NCBI GenBank assembly: GCA_951406725.2
Contig: OX597815.1
Coordinates: 22,506,001-22,570,000, forward strand
Length of the DNA: 64,000 bases
Source: Octopus vulgaris
Lineage: Eukaryota
Direction of reading: 5' to 3'
Below are positions 12,177-26,556 of this stretch, one piece after another; the first letter of the stretch is position 1; each line of letters opens with the position of its first letter. The translations under genes were made by a program, and so were the position numbers. The notes under the pieces were generated by a model, which was given only the letters and a program-made list of their open reading frames with translations, did no database searches and was not told the origin of the DNA.

Positions 12177-12882
12177 GTTTGCGATATAAACAACTAAATA
12201 CTTCTAACCCTTTACTCTTATTAAAACTACTGCAGATATTGCGATTCCGACAACTACTACTGCTGGATTAAGTGACATCTCCTAAGAAGCTATGTTGCCG
12301 ATATTTGTTAAAATTAAGAAACAAGACTGCGTGTTTTCTTAAGAGGTGACTGCAGCTTTTTATATGCGTGTAAAAACAAATAGAAAAAGGGGGTATAGGT
12401 AAAGTTTTCCACTTGTGTAATTCGAGATACTCCAGTCCTCCAACTTATATACTGAGCTATTTGTTTAATAAATACGTTTGTTGTTAAATTAATGCGTTTT
12501 AGGTTACGTACTTATGATCTTTTCTCTCTTTATCTCCCATATCTGTTCCCAAATCACATTAAAGCTGCTTGCTGTCCCACTTAGCCTAATTTAGAAAACT
12601 CGACGGAAAACACTAGAATGTAAGAACAGATGGCATATCTATAATATACCAATCCTTTTTCACCGCAAAAGTAAGGATAGTAATGATATATGCACATTAT
12701 ACCAACTTTTAAAAAGGGATAACCAAATGAAATCAGATCTTAAGAGTAATTAATTTAATTAATATCTAATGATTAAATAATTGATTGTCTTACTTATTTT
12801 TTTATACTTTTCTTTAAACTTTTGCTATATTTTTATTAAATCTACAGCACAGATGTCACTATACGCCTGTCACAATACTAAT

Positions 12883-13270
12883 GGTGTGGAAGCACTCCGT
12901 CGGTTACGACGACGAGGGTTCCGGTTGATCCGATGAACGGAACAGCCTGCTCGTGAAATTAACGTGTAAGTGGCTGAGCACTCCACAGACACGTACACCC
13001 TTAACGTAGTTCTCGGGGATATTCAGCGTGACACAGAGAGTGACAAGGCCGGCCCTTTGAAATACAGGTACAACAGAAACAGGAAGTAAGAGTGAGAGAA
13101 AGTTGTGGTGAAAGAGTACAGCAGGGATCACCACCATCCCCTGCCGGAGCCTCGTGGAGCTTTAGGCGATTTCGCTCGATAAACACTCACAACGCCCGGT
13201 CTGGGAATCGAAACCGCGATCCTATGACCGCGAGTCCGCTGCCCTTAACCACTGGGCCATTGCGCCTCCA
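12883..13270 (-). mobile_element. Full-length tRNA-derived SINE family A
   Basis: Same structure as 11785-12176; 12-bp TSD CACAATACTAAT at 12871-12882 and 13271-13282. Confidence 0.93.
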
Positions 13271-13947
13271 CACAATACTAATAATGAGAATAATACTACA
13301 TGTTACAAATACATACATATATATATATATAAGATTGCGGCTCTCTACTAGCCAAAATAGTTATATAGAATACAACGATTACGCTATTAGTTTAAATCTT
13401 TCCTGACATGATACCAAAGCTTTCTGCTACCGTACAACCTGTACACTGAAAATAGAATTATAAAGGCCACATTACTCATGCAAGTATAGCGGTCTTCATA
13501 TGACTGTGCGAAGTACAAGATTCTTCCTTGATAACAGCCATGTTTTTTTTAGTTTTTGTTTTCTTTTGTTTGTTTGTGTTTTTTTGTCCAAATTCCATAA
13601 TGTGACGAAATTATTCTTTGGCACCTGTAAGACACTATACACCTCTGCGAATAGCAAAATTATATTCCCCAGCTCTCTAACGGTAAAATACTCAATTTTA
13701 ATTCCATTACCCATGCCAAAAGAAAGAATCAAAACAAGTTACATAAGTGATTGTAAGTAATGATATCCATGATGACAAACGGGATCAAAAGGGGGTGATT
13801 TCAGGCAATCATCAATAACTGATTATTTCCACTGTGGCAACACGTCTACTTTACAGTACTTCTACTATTCATAGACATAAATAATTTATTGCAATTACAG
13901 TGGAGTCATGTGAACTAGATCGATGCGAATTAGGCGCTTTCCATATA

Positions 13948-14426
13948 TATTTCTTTAATACCCACAAGTGGCTAAACACAGAGGGGACAAACAAGCACAG
14001 AGAAACGGAGTAAGTCGATAATATCGACCCCAGTGCGTAACTACTACTTATTTAATCGACCCCGAAAGGATGAAAGGCAAAGTCGACCTCGGCGGAGTTT
14101 GAACTCAGAACGTAGTGACAGACGAAATACTACTAAGCATTTCGCCCGGCGTGCTAACGTTTCTGCCAGCTCGCCACCTCAGCGCTTTCCATATATATTT
14201 CTTTACTACCCACAAGGGGCTACACACAGAGGGGACAAACAAGGACAGTCAAACGGATTAAGTCGATTACATCGACCCCAGTGAACTGGTACTTAATTTA
14301 TCGACCCCGAAAGGATGAAAGGCAAAGTCGACCTCGGCGGAATTTGAACTCAGAACGTAGTGACAGACGAAATACTACTAAGCATTTCGCCCGGCGTGCT
14401 AACGTTTCTGCCAGCTCGCCACCTGA
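13948..14426 (-). mobile_element. Two tandem SINE family B monomers separated and flanked by three copies of one TSD
   Basis: GCGCTTTCCATATA at 13934-13947, 14182-14195 and 14427-14440. Each monomer has the central gcctttcatcctttcggggtcgat(a/t)aa domain on the minus strand. Confidence 0.9.
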
Positions 14427-15289
14427 GCGCTTTCCATATAATCTTCATGCTGCCTAAACCATACACGTATTTGACGAAAGCGCATTTTAGCAACTACACT
14501 CTAGTTGTCACCACATGATACGCATGGAGATGCAGTGAAATATGAGATTGTAACCAACTAGTGTCGAATTAAAAGCAGAGAGTGAAATGAAAATTAGTAA
14601 ACAGTTTAAAAATCAGGTTATTTCTGAGTGGATTTAGCCCAATAATATGAAAAGGAATCCTAATCTGAGAGTAAATAAAATACCGTCCTAAATCTAAAAA
14701 CGGAATTACATTTAATTAAGGCGGACGCAGCAAACTGTGACCCCAATACAGTGCCTTTATACATACCAGAAAAAATTTTGGGGGGGAAGGACAATATGCA
14801 TAGTAAAATATTTTTGTAGGGCTTTACTGACAGCGTCAAGTTTGCTTAACTTTTGTTGAAGATTGAATAGTTAACCGTCTCACAAAGGCTCCGAGGATAT
14901 ATGAACTAGCATTGAATACTCGTGGTATTTATGTAAAACCTTCAAGAGCTGAAAATTCTCTCAGCTAGTGGAAGAGGAATTTAAAATGATTGGAAATATT
15001 ATGATGGAGCATTAGAAAAGTTTACCCTTCTCTTACTGTTTGATATATTTGTGACATTTGATTCCACAATTATTTATGATGAAGTAGATCCTATAGATTT
15101 TAGGGAAACTTTTTCTACTTTCTCTCTTGACAATTTATCTTTTGACTTTTACTCTGGGAAATATCTTAATCCGAATATTTAAGAAAAGTGTTATTCGATA
15201 AGCTGCCCCGTAGAGTTTAGTTAAACAGAATTTAATGAACAAGTGAATTGCTCATACGAGAGGCATCTCTCTCCTTTCCCTCTCTCTCA

Positions 15290-15657
<368 letters not shown>

Positions 15658-16589
15658 GTAATACCTCCGTGGATTTTAACTTGAGAAATGGAATGTTTCA
15701 AATAATAGTGGCCAATCCTCTTTTTTTTTCTTTTCTTAATCAAAAGATCGGAAACAAACGGAACAGATTAATATATAATCCCAAGATTTCAGTAACAGGA
15801 AAGGAATCTACGATTACGTCAAATATATTCACAGTGAATGCGTCTATACTTTTTGTGAATCCTTTATTTTCTGTCAGATATTGTTTTGCTTTCAAATTAC
15901 ATAGTTATTAACCTCACTGTTTTCTCTGCGAAGTTGATTGTATCAGTTACATGACTTCCCTTAAGAGGATCATCTGTCTTGGTAAAAACTGTCAGGAATT
16001 ATTGATCGAGTGAAGGAGATGGAAGGCTCAATGTGGTGCCTGCCTAAATGTTTTATTAAATACCGATCCCTACTTAACAGAGTTCCGTATTTCAGCAATA
16101 TCTGTGGGTTAAGCAGTAATTATGATTCAAAAGTAATTATTTTCTTCCACCACAAAACCAGATATTATTACAATAGCTACATTTCATTAAGTTCTTCGAA
16201 CCGATATCTACTTTGGTCTCCAGGTAGGCAGAAATGGAAACGAAATAACGACCAATGTTTGAAAATAAAAATTAGATTTAAATTGGAAGCAATCAAATCA
16301 TTTCATATTCGCCATATCTTCACAGATTTAGTACCAGTTACAATGCTATTCTGTGCCTGATACATTTAAACTGACCGGAACTGATGAGCCTAGGTGTTCA
16401 GCAGAAACAGGCAATTTTTATTAAAACCTCCATCTAATAATATTTATAAGCTTTGGTTTCACTCGAACATTAGAGAAGGAAGAAAGCATTTGTTAGGAAC
16501 ACAGGATGTCATCCACTCGGCGTAACATACGCCTCGAAAATATATGTGTGTATGTATATATTTGCAATTTATAAATGTGTATTTTCTAT

Positions 16590-17023
16590 CCTTTTGCTCT
16601 TTTATTGCTTCCAGTCATTTGACTGCGACCATGCTGTAGCACCGCCTTGAAGGATTTTAGTTGAACAAATCGACCCCAAGACCTCTTTTTAAAAGTCTAG
16701 TACTTATTCTGTCGGTCTCTTTTGCAAAACCGCTAAGTTACGGGGATGTAGAACGGTGATTGCCAAGCGGTGACGAGAGGACAAACAGAAAGGCACACAT
16801 ATACATACATACATATATATATACACACACACACACATATATATATATATACACACACACATATATATATACATACATATATATACATTCATTCATACAT
16901 ACATACATACATACATACATACATACATACATACATACTTATATATATACATACATATATATATATATGTGTATATATATGTATATATATATATACATAT
17001 ATATATACATATATATATATATG

Positions 17024-17057
<34 letters not shown>

Positions 17058-17245
17058 ATAATACATACATAGATATATATATATATACATATATATACTT
17101 ATCTCGGGCTCTTTTCAGTTTCCGTCTGCCAAATCCATTCACAAGGGCGGCTATAGTTGAAGACACTTCCCCAAGGTCGCACGCTGTGGGACTGAACCCG
17201 GAACCATGTGCTTGGGAAGCAAGATTCTTACCCCGCAGCCACACG
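16590..17245 (-). mobile_element. SINE family C with expanded (~300 bp) internal microsatellite
   Basis: Reverse complement of 5208-5677 on both sides of the 16797-17100 microsatellite. Confidence 0.85.
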
Positions 17246-17661
17246 TAATTTTTTTTAATTAATGGCTATAGACATAACATATCTTGAACTTATTTGTATA
17301 ATATTTATGATATTATAATTTATTAATTGCAGGGTAATGACCTATTTCCTTTGCCTTTTCTTTTTACTTTATATTTTTTTAATTATAGTGAGACTCAAAG
17401 ACAATTTAGGTTCCCTGTGCCGATTCCCGGATGGAGCAATTTTGTCTCACTAAACATAGAAACATTACATGCTCTTATTTCACACGTATAAACCAACAAA
17501 TTAGGTCTAAATATTATTGTTGTTATTATTGGCCATCACAGAGAAATTGTTTCAATCCAGTATTTTAACCAAATAACTTCCTTTACCAAGCCTATAGCCA
17601 TGTGAAAGATATGAAGAGCCCTATGTGTAAGTATATTTCTGCAAAATATCTGGTTTTGTGG

Positions 17662-17667
17662 CAGTAT

Positions 17668-17714
<47 letters not shown>

Positions 17715-17783
17715 ATGGTGGTGGTGGTGGTGGTGGTAGTAGCAGTAGTAGCAGCAGCAGCAGCAGTAGTAGTAGTGGTAGTG

Positions 17784-17826
<43 letters not shown>

Positions 17827-17870
17827 CAGTAGTAGTAGTAGTAGTAGCAGCAGCAGCAGCAGCAGCAGCA
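17662..17870. repeat. Compound trinucleotide microsatellite (TAG)n/(TGG)n/(CAG)n
   Basis: Direct inspection. Confidence 0.95.
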
Positions 17871-18886
17871 TACTTTTTAAAACAATATTGCTTATTCTCG
17901 AATCTCCGCTCTTGGTCTAATACCAAACATATTCTTTAGAAACTCAAAGAATTTTTGATTAAATTGAAAACCAGAAAAAAAAGGTAGAGAATGCACCGGA
18001 AACAACATGATAAAAGAAACCATATATGACTTATGGCTAACTTTAATCTAGGTCTAGTCTGAAATAAATTAATCTCTCGTAAAGAATAAAGAGCGCACAT
18101 TTTCTTACGCATGTGCATACACTTATATGTACGTGCAAATACAAGGGAACTTTGCCTCGTACACGCACACACGCACGCAAATACACATACATACATACAT
18201 ACACAAACACACGCATATATATATTGAGGAAGAGGGAGAAAGAGGAGAGAGAAAGAGTGTGGGGAGGACATACGTGTACGCGTTAGAATATACATGTGTA
18301 CATGTCTGCAACTGACAGTGAAAGAGAACACATGGAAACTATAGAGATATGTATGTATATATAAACGGATTGTGTGAATTGATAGCTTAAGATGATGGGA
18401 TAATGACAGAGGGAGGGGTGTACAGAGCAGATGGGTGACTGAAGCCTGGAATCAGAAAAGAAAGCAACAAAATATAAAGAAAATATAGATCGTATGTTGT
18501 GTGGACATAATCTGAAATAAAATGCGAAACATGCTAAGGAATATTCTAGAATAGATAGAATATTAAATATTATTTTAATTGTGAAATAAAACTTTCAGAT
18601 AAGGGCATCCAAACTTAAAGGGTTTGGATTTTTATTTCCTAATATAGATTAAGCTTATTGCAATATTCAATGCCACTTGTGATTATAACAGTAGGGTGCC
18701 AGAGGAAATCTTTTTAACTTGAATCTCTTATTTAACACCCCCAGATGTTTGGTAAATCTTATTCTCAACAGGAAGTTTCTCAATATGTTTTGTCTTCGTA
18801 TCTTCATAACAAAAAAAAACCGAAAACATAATGAAAGTATCGAACAAAGTAGAGATTGTTGCACCATTGTCCCGTTCCATTCATTC

Positions 18887-18958
<72 letters not shown>

Positions 18959-19850
18959 TGCCGGGAACATCGGTATCTTCATCCTTCAAATTGAGCAATG
19001 ATTTACTCTAATATCAAAATTTCCAGTGATACCGTTAAACTTCAGTATGTACTTATATTTTATACTGAGCAACGTTGTATCTAAATGTAATCGTGTCTAA
19101 GAATATGCAATGATATAATTTTGTCTAAAGACAAGCAAAGTAGTTGTCAGGTCTGAATCCATGTTTATTTGTTATAACAGTATGAATAATGATGTCATGT
19201 TGTCTTAGAATAAATAAACAGACATTGCGATATTTTTGAATGAATATCTGAAGTCGACTGGTCTAAGAGAAAGCACTGATGTCGCTGAAAGAATAACTAT
19301 GAACACTCTCGAGCGCAATCAGAATGAGTGATACAACCGGATCTTTGATTACAAGCACAATCTATTATAAGCGTGCGGTTTAAATAAGTCTCTTTTCAAA
19401 CAGAAGATTCAGAGTGTGATCCCACTGCGTGGTCTATTGGGCGCGTAAAGTTAAAAACGGTAGATAGATTGAAACTTTGATGACGACAGCTGGATGGCGT
19501 ATACTTGTAATTCAAAGGCGCCAGTTTTGTCACATTGCATTGAGCAGTTTCTATCTAAAAATTAAGGATACTAATTTTTCGTAGTATACTGACCGTATTA
19601 CACATTATTTCAGTGAAAAATTGAACTTCTCGTCGTCGAAATTGGCACAGATCTTTTATTTTTATAATTTGTTTAGGCTGTGAGACGGAGTTTGTTTTAC
19701 ATAGATACTTTAATGTCTTTTATAAATCGAAATGTACCGACGACGACGACGACAACAACATACATACATACATACATACATACATACATACATACATACA
19801 TACATACATACATACATACATACATACATACATACATACGTACGTACATA

Positions 19851-20530
19851 CCTAGGACGCTCTGTAATGAAATCTGTCGGAAGGATAATCCCGAGGACAA
19901 AGAAATAAAAGCCCACGATATGGTAGAAGCCATAGCCACTCATAATAAAAAGGAATACTGGTGAAATGCACCAGTGAAGACCTCAATAAAATGTAAGCAC
20001 AACAGACCTGATATAATGATTTGGGATAGAGAAGAGAAACTGTGCACAGTTGTGGAAATTAGTTACCCGGTGGATGTTAACATAAAGCTGAAGATCAGTG
20101 AAAAAGAGAACATCAATGATTAACTATTGAGAAATCTGCAGTTGCCCTATACAGATTACAAGTTCAGGTTTATACCTGAAATTATTGGGGCCCTCGCATA
20201 TGTAACATGCTGCCTAAATACCGATCTTGAGAAACTAGGCTTCTCAAAACCAGAAAGGAGAAAGCTAATTCGAACTATAAAAATCTGTAAAGCTTTCCAG
20301 AAGTTTATCATTTAAACATATATATGAACATCTCTAGATATATAACTATATGCATGAGAATACATGCAATAAAACATACAAGTCTGCACATTCTTATATA
20401 CATGCATACATACATACAAACAAAAATACCCTGTTCTTGATGTTGAAATTTCAATGAAGGAACCTTGGATCTAGGTTAGAAAATGATTCTTTCTCTATTG
20501 GCAAGAAATCTTGAAATAAACTGAATAATG
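19851..20530 (+). mobile_element. 5'-truncated RLE-type (R4/Dong-like) non-LTR retrotransposon: restriction-like endonuclease end plus 3' UTR
   Basis: Conceptual translation KTSIKCKHNRPDIMIWDREEKLCTVVEISYPVDVNIKLKISEKEN…LLRNLQLPYTDYKFRFIPEIIGALAYV fits the RPD…E…P.D.N…K..EK RLE motif. It begins directly after a (TACA)n array. Confidence 0.82.
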
Positions 20531-20601
20531 ACATATATTCAGTTTATACATATATAACGATGTGTGTATATGTGAATGTATGTATGAATTGTGTATGTAT
20601 G

Positions 20602-20674
<73 letters not shown>

Positions 20675-20696
20675 ATAGATAGACAGACAGACAGAC

Positions 20697-20769
<73 letters not shown>
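20602..20769. repeat. (GATA)n microsatellite
   Basis: Direct inspection. Confidence 0.97.
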
Positions 20770-21979
20770 TCTCCCTCCTTTATAAATGTGTGATTATGTG
20801 TTGATGTGAAAATACTGGAAGTTACATTTTGTGTACCCTGTGTCCTTTTGACAAATGGCTATTGTTGACTAAATACTGTGCTCAGCTGACTTGGGACATG
20901 GGAATACACGTCAGTGCGCACCAGTACACACAAACACATAGTTAAACAAACATACATCATAAAAGGAAACCTCGCAATGTTTGATTTTCTTTTTATATGA
21001 CTAAAGTAACACCAGTAAAATAACAAGTCAAGGATGAGAGAAAAAAAGTAATAAAATTATGACGTCAGCACACATCTCTTTAAAACGATTTCAATTACTA
21101 TGTACTGAAAACCAGTTCTACTAGACATATCAAATATAGAAAATTCCAAGTAGAAAACTTCTCTAATTATGCAAAGAAAATATCTGAATCTGTGTTGATT
21201 AAGAGGAGAGGGAAAAATATCACCAGAGATTTGATTAGCCTATTTTGCATAAATTAATGCAGATGATTGTATATGCAACTCATAAACCAAGATGACTAAT
21301 AATTATTATTTTTTGTACTTTAAACAAATTAACATTTTTTTTTTAAGTGTCATGAAATATTTACTTCACAGTAAATAAACTGTTATATTTTACATTTTTC
21401 TGAAGAATGATATCATTGCCAGAATGATACTAGGATTACTCGCAAAAGAATCTTAACGTAAGAAGGCGACTCAGAGTGCATACACACCTGTTATTGATAG
21501 TGCACAACAATGAATTGAATGTATACAAGGCGGTTACCGGGCAAAGAGCAGAAATTATGCAATATAATGCCATGCAGCATAAATAAAATATTCTCTTTAA
21601 AGAACTCGTAAAATTTATCTAAATATCGTTATTCGCATGTTTTGCTGTCATTATTTAAAAGTAACTGATATTTATGAATTTTTTGAATGAAAACATTCAA
21701 TTCTTAGGATAATGTGCAGACAGATTTCTGTACTGCAATTAACAAAGATAAAGGCATATGTATAAATATAATAGCGGTTACAATTGTCCCAGTAGCATTT
21801 CTCTCCAACCTTGTATAAAACGTACATGCTTGAAATAGTGTAGAAAGCATCGTTTTCAAGAGTTATCAACTATGCATTTTTATAAAAGACTGTTTATCAC
21901 GCATAATCGTTTATGTATAATGTGGTTTGAAACAATTTTAACCGGTATTAAACTTATGCATTACTGGTATATTTATCAC

Positions 21980-22740
21980 AGGTGTGGAGTATGGTAAGAA
22001 GCTTGCTTCCCAAATGCGTGGTTCCGATTTTAGTCCCACTGCATGGAACATTGGGCCTCTATAGTCTATAGTAGAAAAGAATATGTGCGTCTGTGTGTGT
22101 GTGTGTATGTGTAAGGCAGCGAGCTGGCAGAAAGGTTAGCAACCCGGGCGAAATGCGTAGCCGTATTTCGTCTGCCGTTACGTTCTGGGTTCAAATTCTG
22201 CCGAAGTCGACTTTGCCTTCTATCCTTTCGGGGTCGATAAATTAAGTACCAGTTACGCACTGGGGTCGATATAATCGACTTAATCCTTCTGTCTGTCCAT
22301 GTTTGTCTCCTCTGTGTTTAGCCCCTTCTGGGTAGTAAAGAAATAAGTATTTCGTCTGTCTTTACGTTCTGATTTCAAATTCTGCCGAGGTCGACTTTGT
22401 CGTTCATCCTTTTGGGGTCGATAAACTAAGTACCAGTTGCGTACTGGGACCGATGTAATCGACTGGCGACCCTCCGCAAAAACTTTCGGGCCTTCTGCTT
22501 ATAGTAGAAAAGAATATGTATGTGCGTGTGTGTGTGTGTGTGTGTCTTTGTGTCGATGTTTTCCCCCTCCACTGCTTGACAACCAGCGTGTCTAAGTCCC
22601 GTAACGTAGCGGTTCGGTAAGAGTGACTAACTGAATAAGTATTAGGCTTAAAAAGAAAATATGTCCTGGTCGATTAGTTCGACTAAAACTTCCTCAAGCA
22701 TGGCTGCAGTCTAATGAGTGAAACAAGTAAAAGATATAAG
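21980..22740 (+). mobile_element. Degraded SINE family C interrupted by a family B dimer
   Basis: Head ggtaagaagcttgcttcccaa…agtcccactgc at 21980-22060; 3' half (gcttgacaacc…agcggttcgg…gaaacaagtaaaaga) at 22520-22740. Confidence 0.8.
22113..22516 (+). mobile_element. Dimeric SINE family B (full monomer plus 5'-truncated monomer with an alternative tail)
   Basis: aaggcagcgagctggcag…gggtagtaaagaaata, then agtatttcgtctgtctttacg…cgggccttctgcttatagtagaaaaga. The same junction occurs at 61748-62146. Confidence 0.85.
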
Positions 22741-23051
22741 ATATAGATGTATGTATACATACATACATACATACATACATACATACATACATACATACAT
22801 ACATACATACATACATTTGGTGGCAGAATACCATAAAAACGTAGTAATTCTTTGATTTTTATTACAGTCCTAACTATATAATTACTGGAACTAAAGTGCA
22901 TGTATAGCCATCCCTTTCTACAATATTTTATATAGTTTTCTTATATTGAAATATTTAATTAAGCAAAAGCCTTTTGGCACATACTTAAAAATGTTCTCAT
23001 CCACGCTCAAATATTTATACTCATGCACATTTATGCATATGTACACATTGA

Positions 23052-23305
23052 TCATCATCATCATCATTATTGTTCGACCGTGGTCGAGACAATGGAATTT
23101 ACCAGACTTCACGGTCCATCATGGCATTACGGAGGTCCTGTTGCTGGATGCCTGTATCCCTGGAGATTACATCAGGATAGGAGAGTGTGCGCCCTCTGGT
23201 ATTGCGGGTAGATGGCTTCCAGAGGAGAAGAGTATAAATTACCTCTTTTTCAGCTCTACAACAATGTCCAGCAAACTGGACTCTCTTACCTTTCACAAAA
23301 GATAA
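23052..23305 (-). mobile_element. 3' end of an RTE-clade LINE with (TGA)n tail
   Basis: ORF 23099-23308 RVQFAGHCCRAEKE…LLLWKPS…RGRTLSYPDVISRDTG…DLRNAMMDREVW is typical of an RTE C-terminus and is followed by a short trinucleotide tail. Confidence 0.82.
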
Positions 23306-24991
23306 CACATTGATATGCTAACATAATTAAGGCAAATATACAAATATATTCAAAATACAATAATACATGTAAAAGTATGTATTGTTTAAGTAACGTACAA
23401 GACCAATAGACTCAGTTGCTTTACTTTTAATAGTGAAAGGAATCAATCAATGGTTGATCAGCTACTTTTCACTTCAGTAGGTGTATCTGTGACGTTCTTG
23501 TCTTTCCTAAGAGCATTAATGGATTTAGTGAGATGAATATGGACAGAAAACAAACTTTGGTCGCATATTCTTTTCACTGGAGACCTATTTCTTATGCTAC
23601 ACTACTCATCACGATGTTATACATACGTATATATATATAAATACGCTTAAAGGATACACATACATATGCACACATATGTGTTTTTGAATATGTAAATATG
23701 CGGATGTAAGTTTGTACGGATAATTCTGGAATGTGAACATACCCCGCTGAGCAAACAGTTGATGTATCTAACTAATTTTAATATGTAGTATTAGTTCCAC
23801 TGTATTTCATGCCAAAAGATTTCGTTCTTTCAATTTTTTTTATAGTTAATTTTTTTATTTTACTGTTTAAACAGTTGTAATCTATTAAGCAGCTCACTGT
23901 ATGATAATAACGATTGAAACATCCAAGAACATAGTCCGTGGAAGGTGAAAAGTAGACATGGTACGAAAAGTGTGCCAATGGGGTTTTAATTTGTCTGCAA
24001 GCATTTAAACAGAACGAAAAATTAAAAATACACCAGGAAATTCCTCGAGCATGGTTTAACTCTTTTTGAAGTGAAGAAAAATTAAGCGTTGTTTGTGGCT
24101 TATTTACAATACTGGTTCATGGCTTTTTAGATGGATTAAGGTTTATCCCGTTTTCAAATATGAGGTTGGAAGCAAATGTAGTGATTGTGCAAACACAGGT
24201 TATTCATTTCGATGAATTTTTATGCTATTACGGTTGGTTTTTACACTTTAACTCACCTGGAGGAGGTCAATAAAATAATGGATGGTAATGTACTACTGCT
24301 GACTCCCTCTATATTTTATTATTATACTATACGTTATACTACATATTTTGTTTCACTATTCTGTAACGTGTCTAATTTTGATATGGTATATATTGTTGGA
24401 ACGAAAGGTGAAGAGGAAAGAAAATCATAGAAAGAAGGAAGAATTGAATGAGAAAGAATGAAACAACCACTTTTGTAAGTATGAGAAGCTTCTATTACAA
24501 GATTTATTAGCATAGTTATGAGCTAGAAGAAAGAATAAAAACGCAAAAACGGAATTTGGTACTCGCGGGTACTCGATTTCACGCGATTTCAGGCTCATAG
24601 ATTGCAAATTAACAGATAGCAGAAGGCTATGATGTATCTCAGAATGTGCCTCACGAATGAATAACTATATAGCTTAAACTGTTGGATGAAACCTGTCTTA
24701 ATATGCATGCTTATTGGGAAACCTCTGAGTAGACCTGGCTGTTGCACCATTCATCAGAAGGCGGATTGAAATGGTTAGAAGACTATGATTTGAAGCTGAA
24801 AATTTCCAGCTGATAACGTATTTATTGCTGAAACACTAATGTACAAAGTCAATGAATATACGAAATTCTACCCATAAAACCCGAAGGGGATTTGAATTCA
24901 TTGCCCATAAGTGGATAGTTCATACTTCATTAAATCAGCCAGTCAATCTTCTCTCTATCTTTCTCTCTCCCTCTTTTCCTTTCTCTCCTTC

Positions 24992-25021
<30 letters not shown>

Positions 25022-25026
<5 letters not shown>

Positions 25027-25113
25027 TAATCCAAACAAGAAAACAAAAAGACAACAACGCGAGGATGTGGAACAAATAAAGTATTATTGGACGCTCAGGA
25101 AAGAAGGGGAGAA

Positions 25114-25116
<3 letters not shown>
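25022..25116 (-). mobile_element. Fragment of Penelope-like terminal-repeat family D between two (TA)n tracts
   Basis: caacaacgcgaggatgtggaa…tattggacgctcaggaaag matches 45185-45240. Confidence 0.65.
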
Positions 25117-25169
<53 letters not shown>

Positions 25170-25639
25170 GTGTGTGTGTGTGTGTGTGTAATCATTAGTT
25201 AATCGTTTCATTTTTTTTAATAAGTGGAACAAATCATATTTAAGACGGTCTTGAGAACTGCTTCGCTCATGTCTACTTTTGAATAATATAGCTTGTGAGA
25301 AAATATATTAATTATGAGAACTGCTTCGATCACACTTACGGTTGAATTATATTGCTTGCGAGAAAATATATAAATAATTTATAAATATAATACATATCTA
25401 GCTAAATGTATAGATATACAAAAATACCATTTAATCTGGGTATGGTACTATTAAATATCATGCTAAGTTTTTAGTCGGAGTTTCTTTCCATGCTGTTAAA
25501 TATTTTAATAGACACAATACAACAGATTAAATCTTCGAAGTTGATGCCGCAACATGGAAGCAGTCCATTGAATGAAATCATTAAAAGAGTATCCTTTTTT
25601 GTCCTTTTTATTTATTAGTATTCTTTTTAAATACGGGAT

Positions 25640-25921
25640 CTTGTTTCTAGCAAAGTAATATAACTCCATCATCGGAGTTTGGATGACAGTAACAATAATT
25701 GTTACTTATCAAATTTGAAAAGAGTCTGACATAATTTTATTGTTCCGCTTGCAGATTATATCAGCGAAGTTCGTGTACTCGTTATATTTTTTTGCTTGAA
25801 AATTCGAGCTTCTGCAGATTGTGTCTTTACCGAATGCCCCATAACCGAGTGCACCAATGATTATGGGCATAAATTTATAATCAGGGTAGAGGAGTTTCAA
25901 GTTTCGAAGTAGTGGTCCATA
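25640..25921 (-). mobile_element. Second 5'-truncated RLE-type LINE fragment
   Basis: YGPLLRNLKLLYPDYKFMPIIIGALGY is homologous to the peptide at 20120-20200 and is fused directly to the (TACA)n-type array at 25922-26556. Confidence 0.75.
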
Positions 25922-26556
25922 TACATACATGTATGTATGTATGTATGTATGTATGTATGCATGTATGTATGTATGCATGCATGTATGTATGCATGCATGC
26001 ATGTATGTATGTATGTATGTATGTATGTATGTATGTATGTATGTATGTATGCATGCATGTATGTATGTATGTAGGTACGCATGTATGTATGCATATATGT
26101 ATGTATGTATGTACGTATGCATGCATATATGTATGTACGTATGCATGCATGTATGTATGTATGCATGTATGTATTTATGTATGCATGCATGCATGTATTA
26201 TGTATGTATGTATGTATTTATGCATGTGTGTATGTATGTATGCATATATGTATGTGTGTGTGTATGTATGTATGCACGTATGCATGCATGCATGTATGTA
26301 TGTATGTATGCATGCATGCATGCATGCATGTATGTATGTATGTATGTATGCATGCATGTATGTATGTAGGTACGCATGTATGTATGTATGTATGCATGTG
26401 TGTATGTATGTATGCATGTATGTATGCATGTATGCATGTGTGTATGTATGTATGCATGCATGTATTTATGCATGTATGTATGTATGCATATATGTGTATG
26501 TATGTATGTATGTATGTATGTATGTATGTATGTATGTATGTATGTATGTATGTATG
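25922..26556. repeat. (TATG)n/(CATG)n compound microsatellite, ~630 bp
   Basis: Direct inspection. Confidence 0.96.

Noticed and set aside
16374-16415. CTGATGAG…GAAAC hammerhead-like string
   Set aside because: Stem II does not pair convincingly, and there is no stem I partner or NUH site.
20445-20500. Hammerhead-like look in the RLE LINE 3' UTR (tcaatgaaggaaccttggatctaggttagaaaatg)
   Set aside because: A hairpin followed by GAAA is present, but the core deviates at too many positions to call from one copy.
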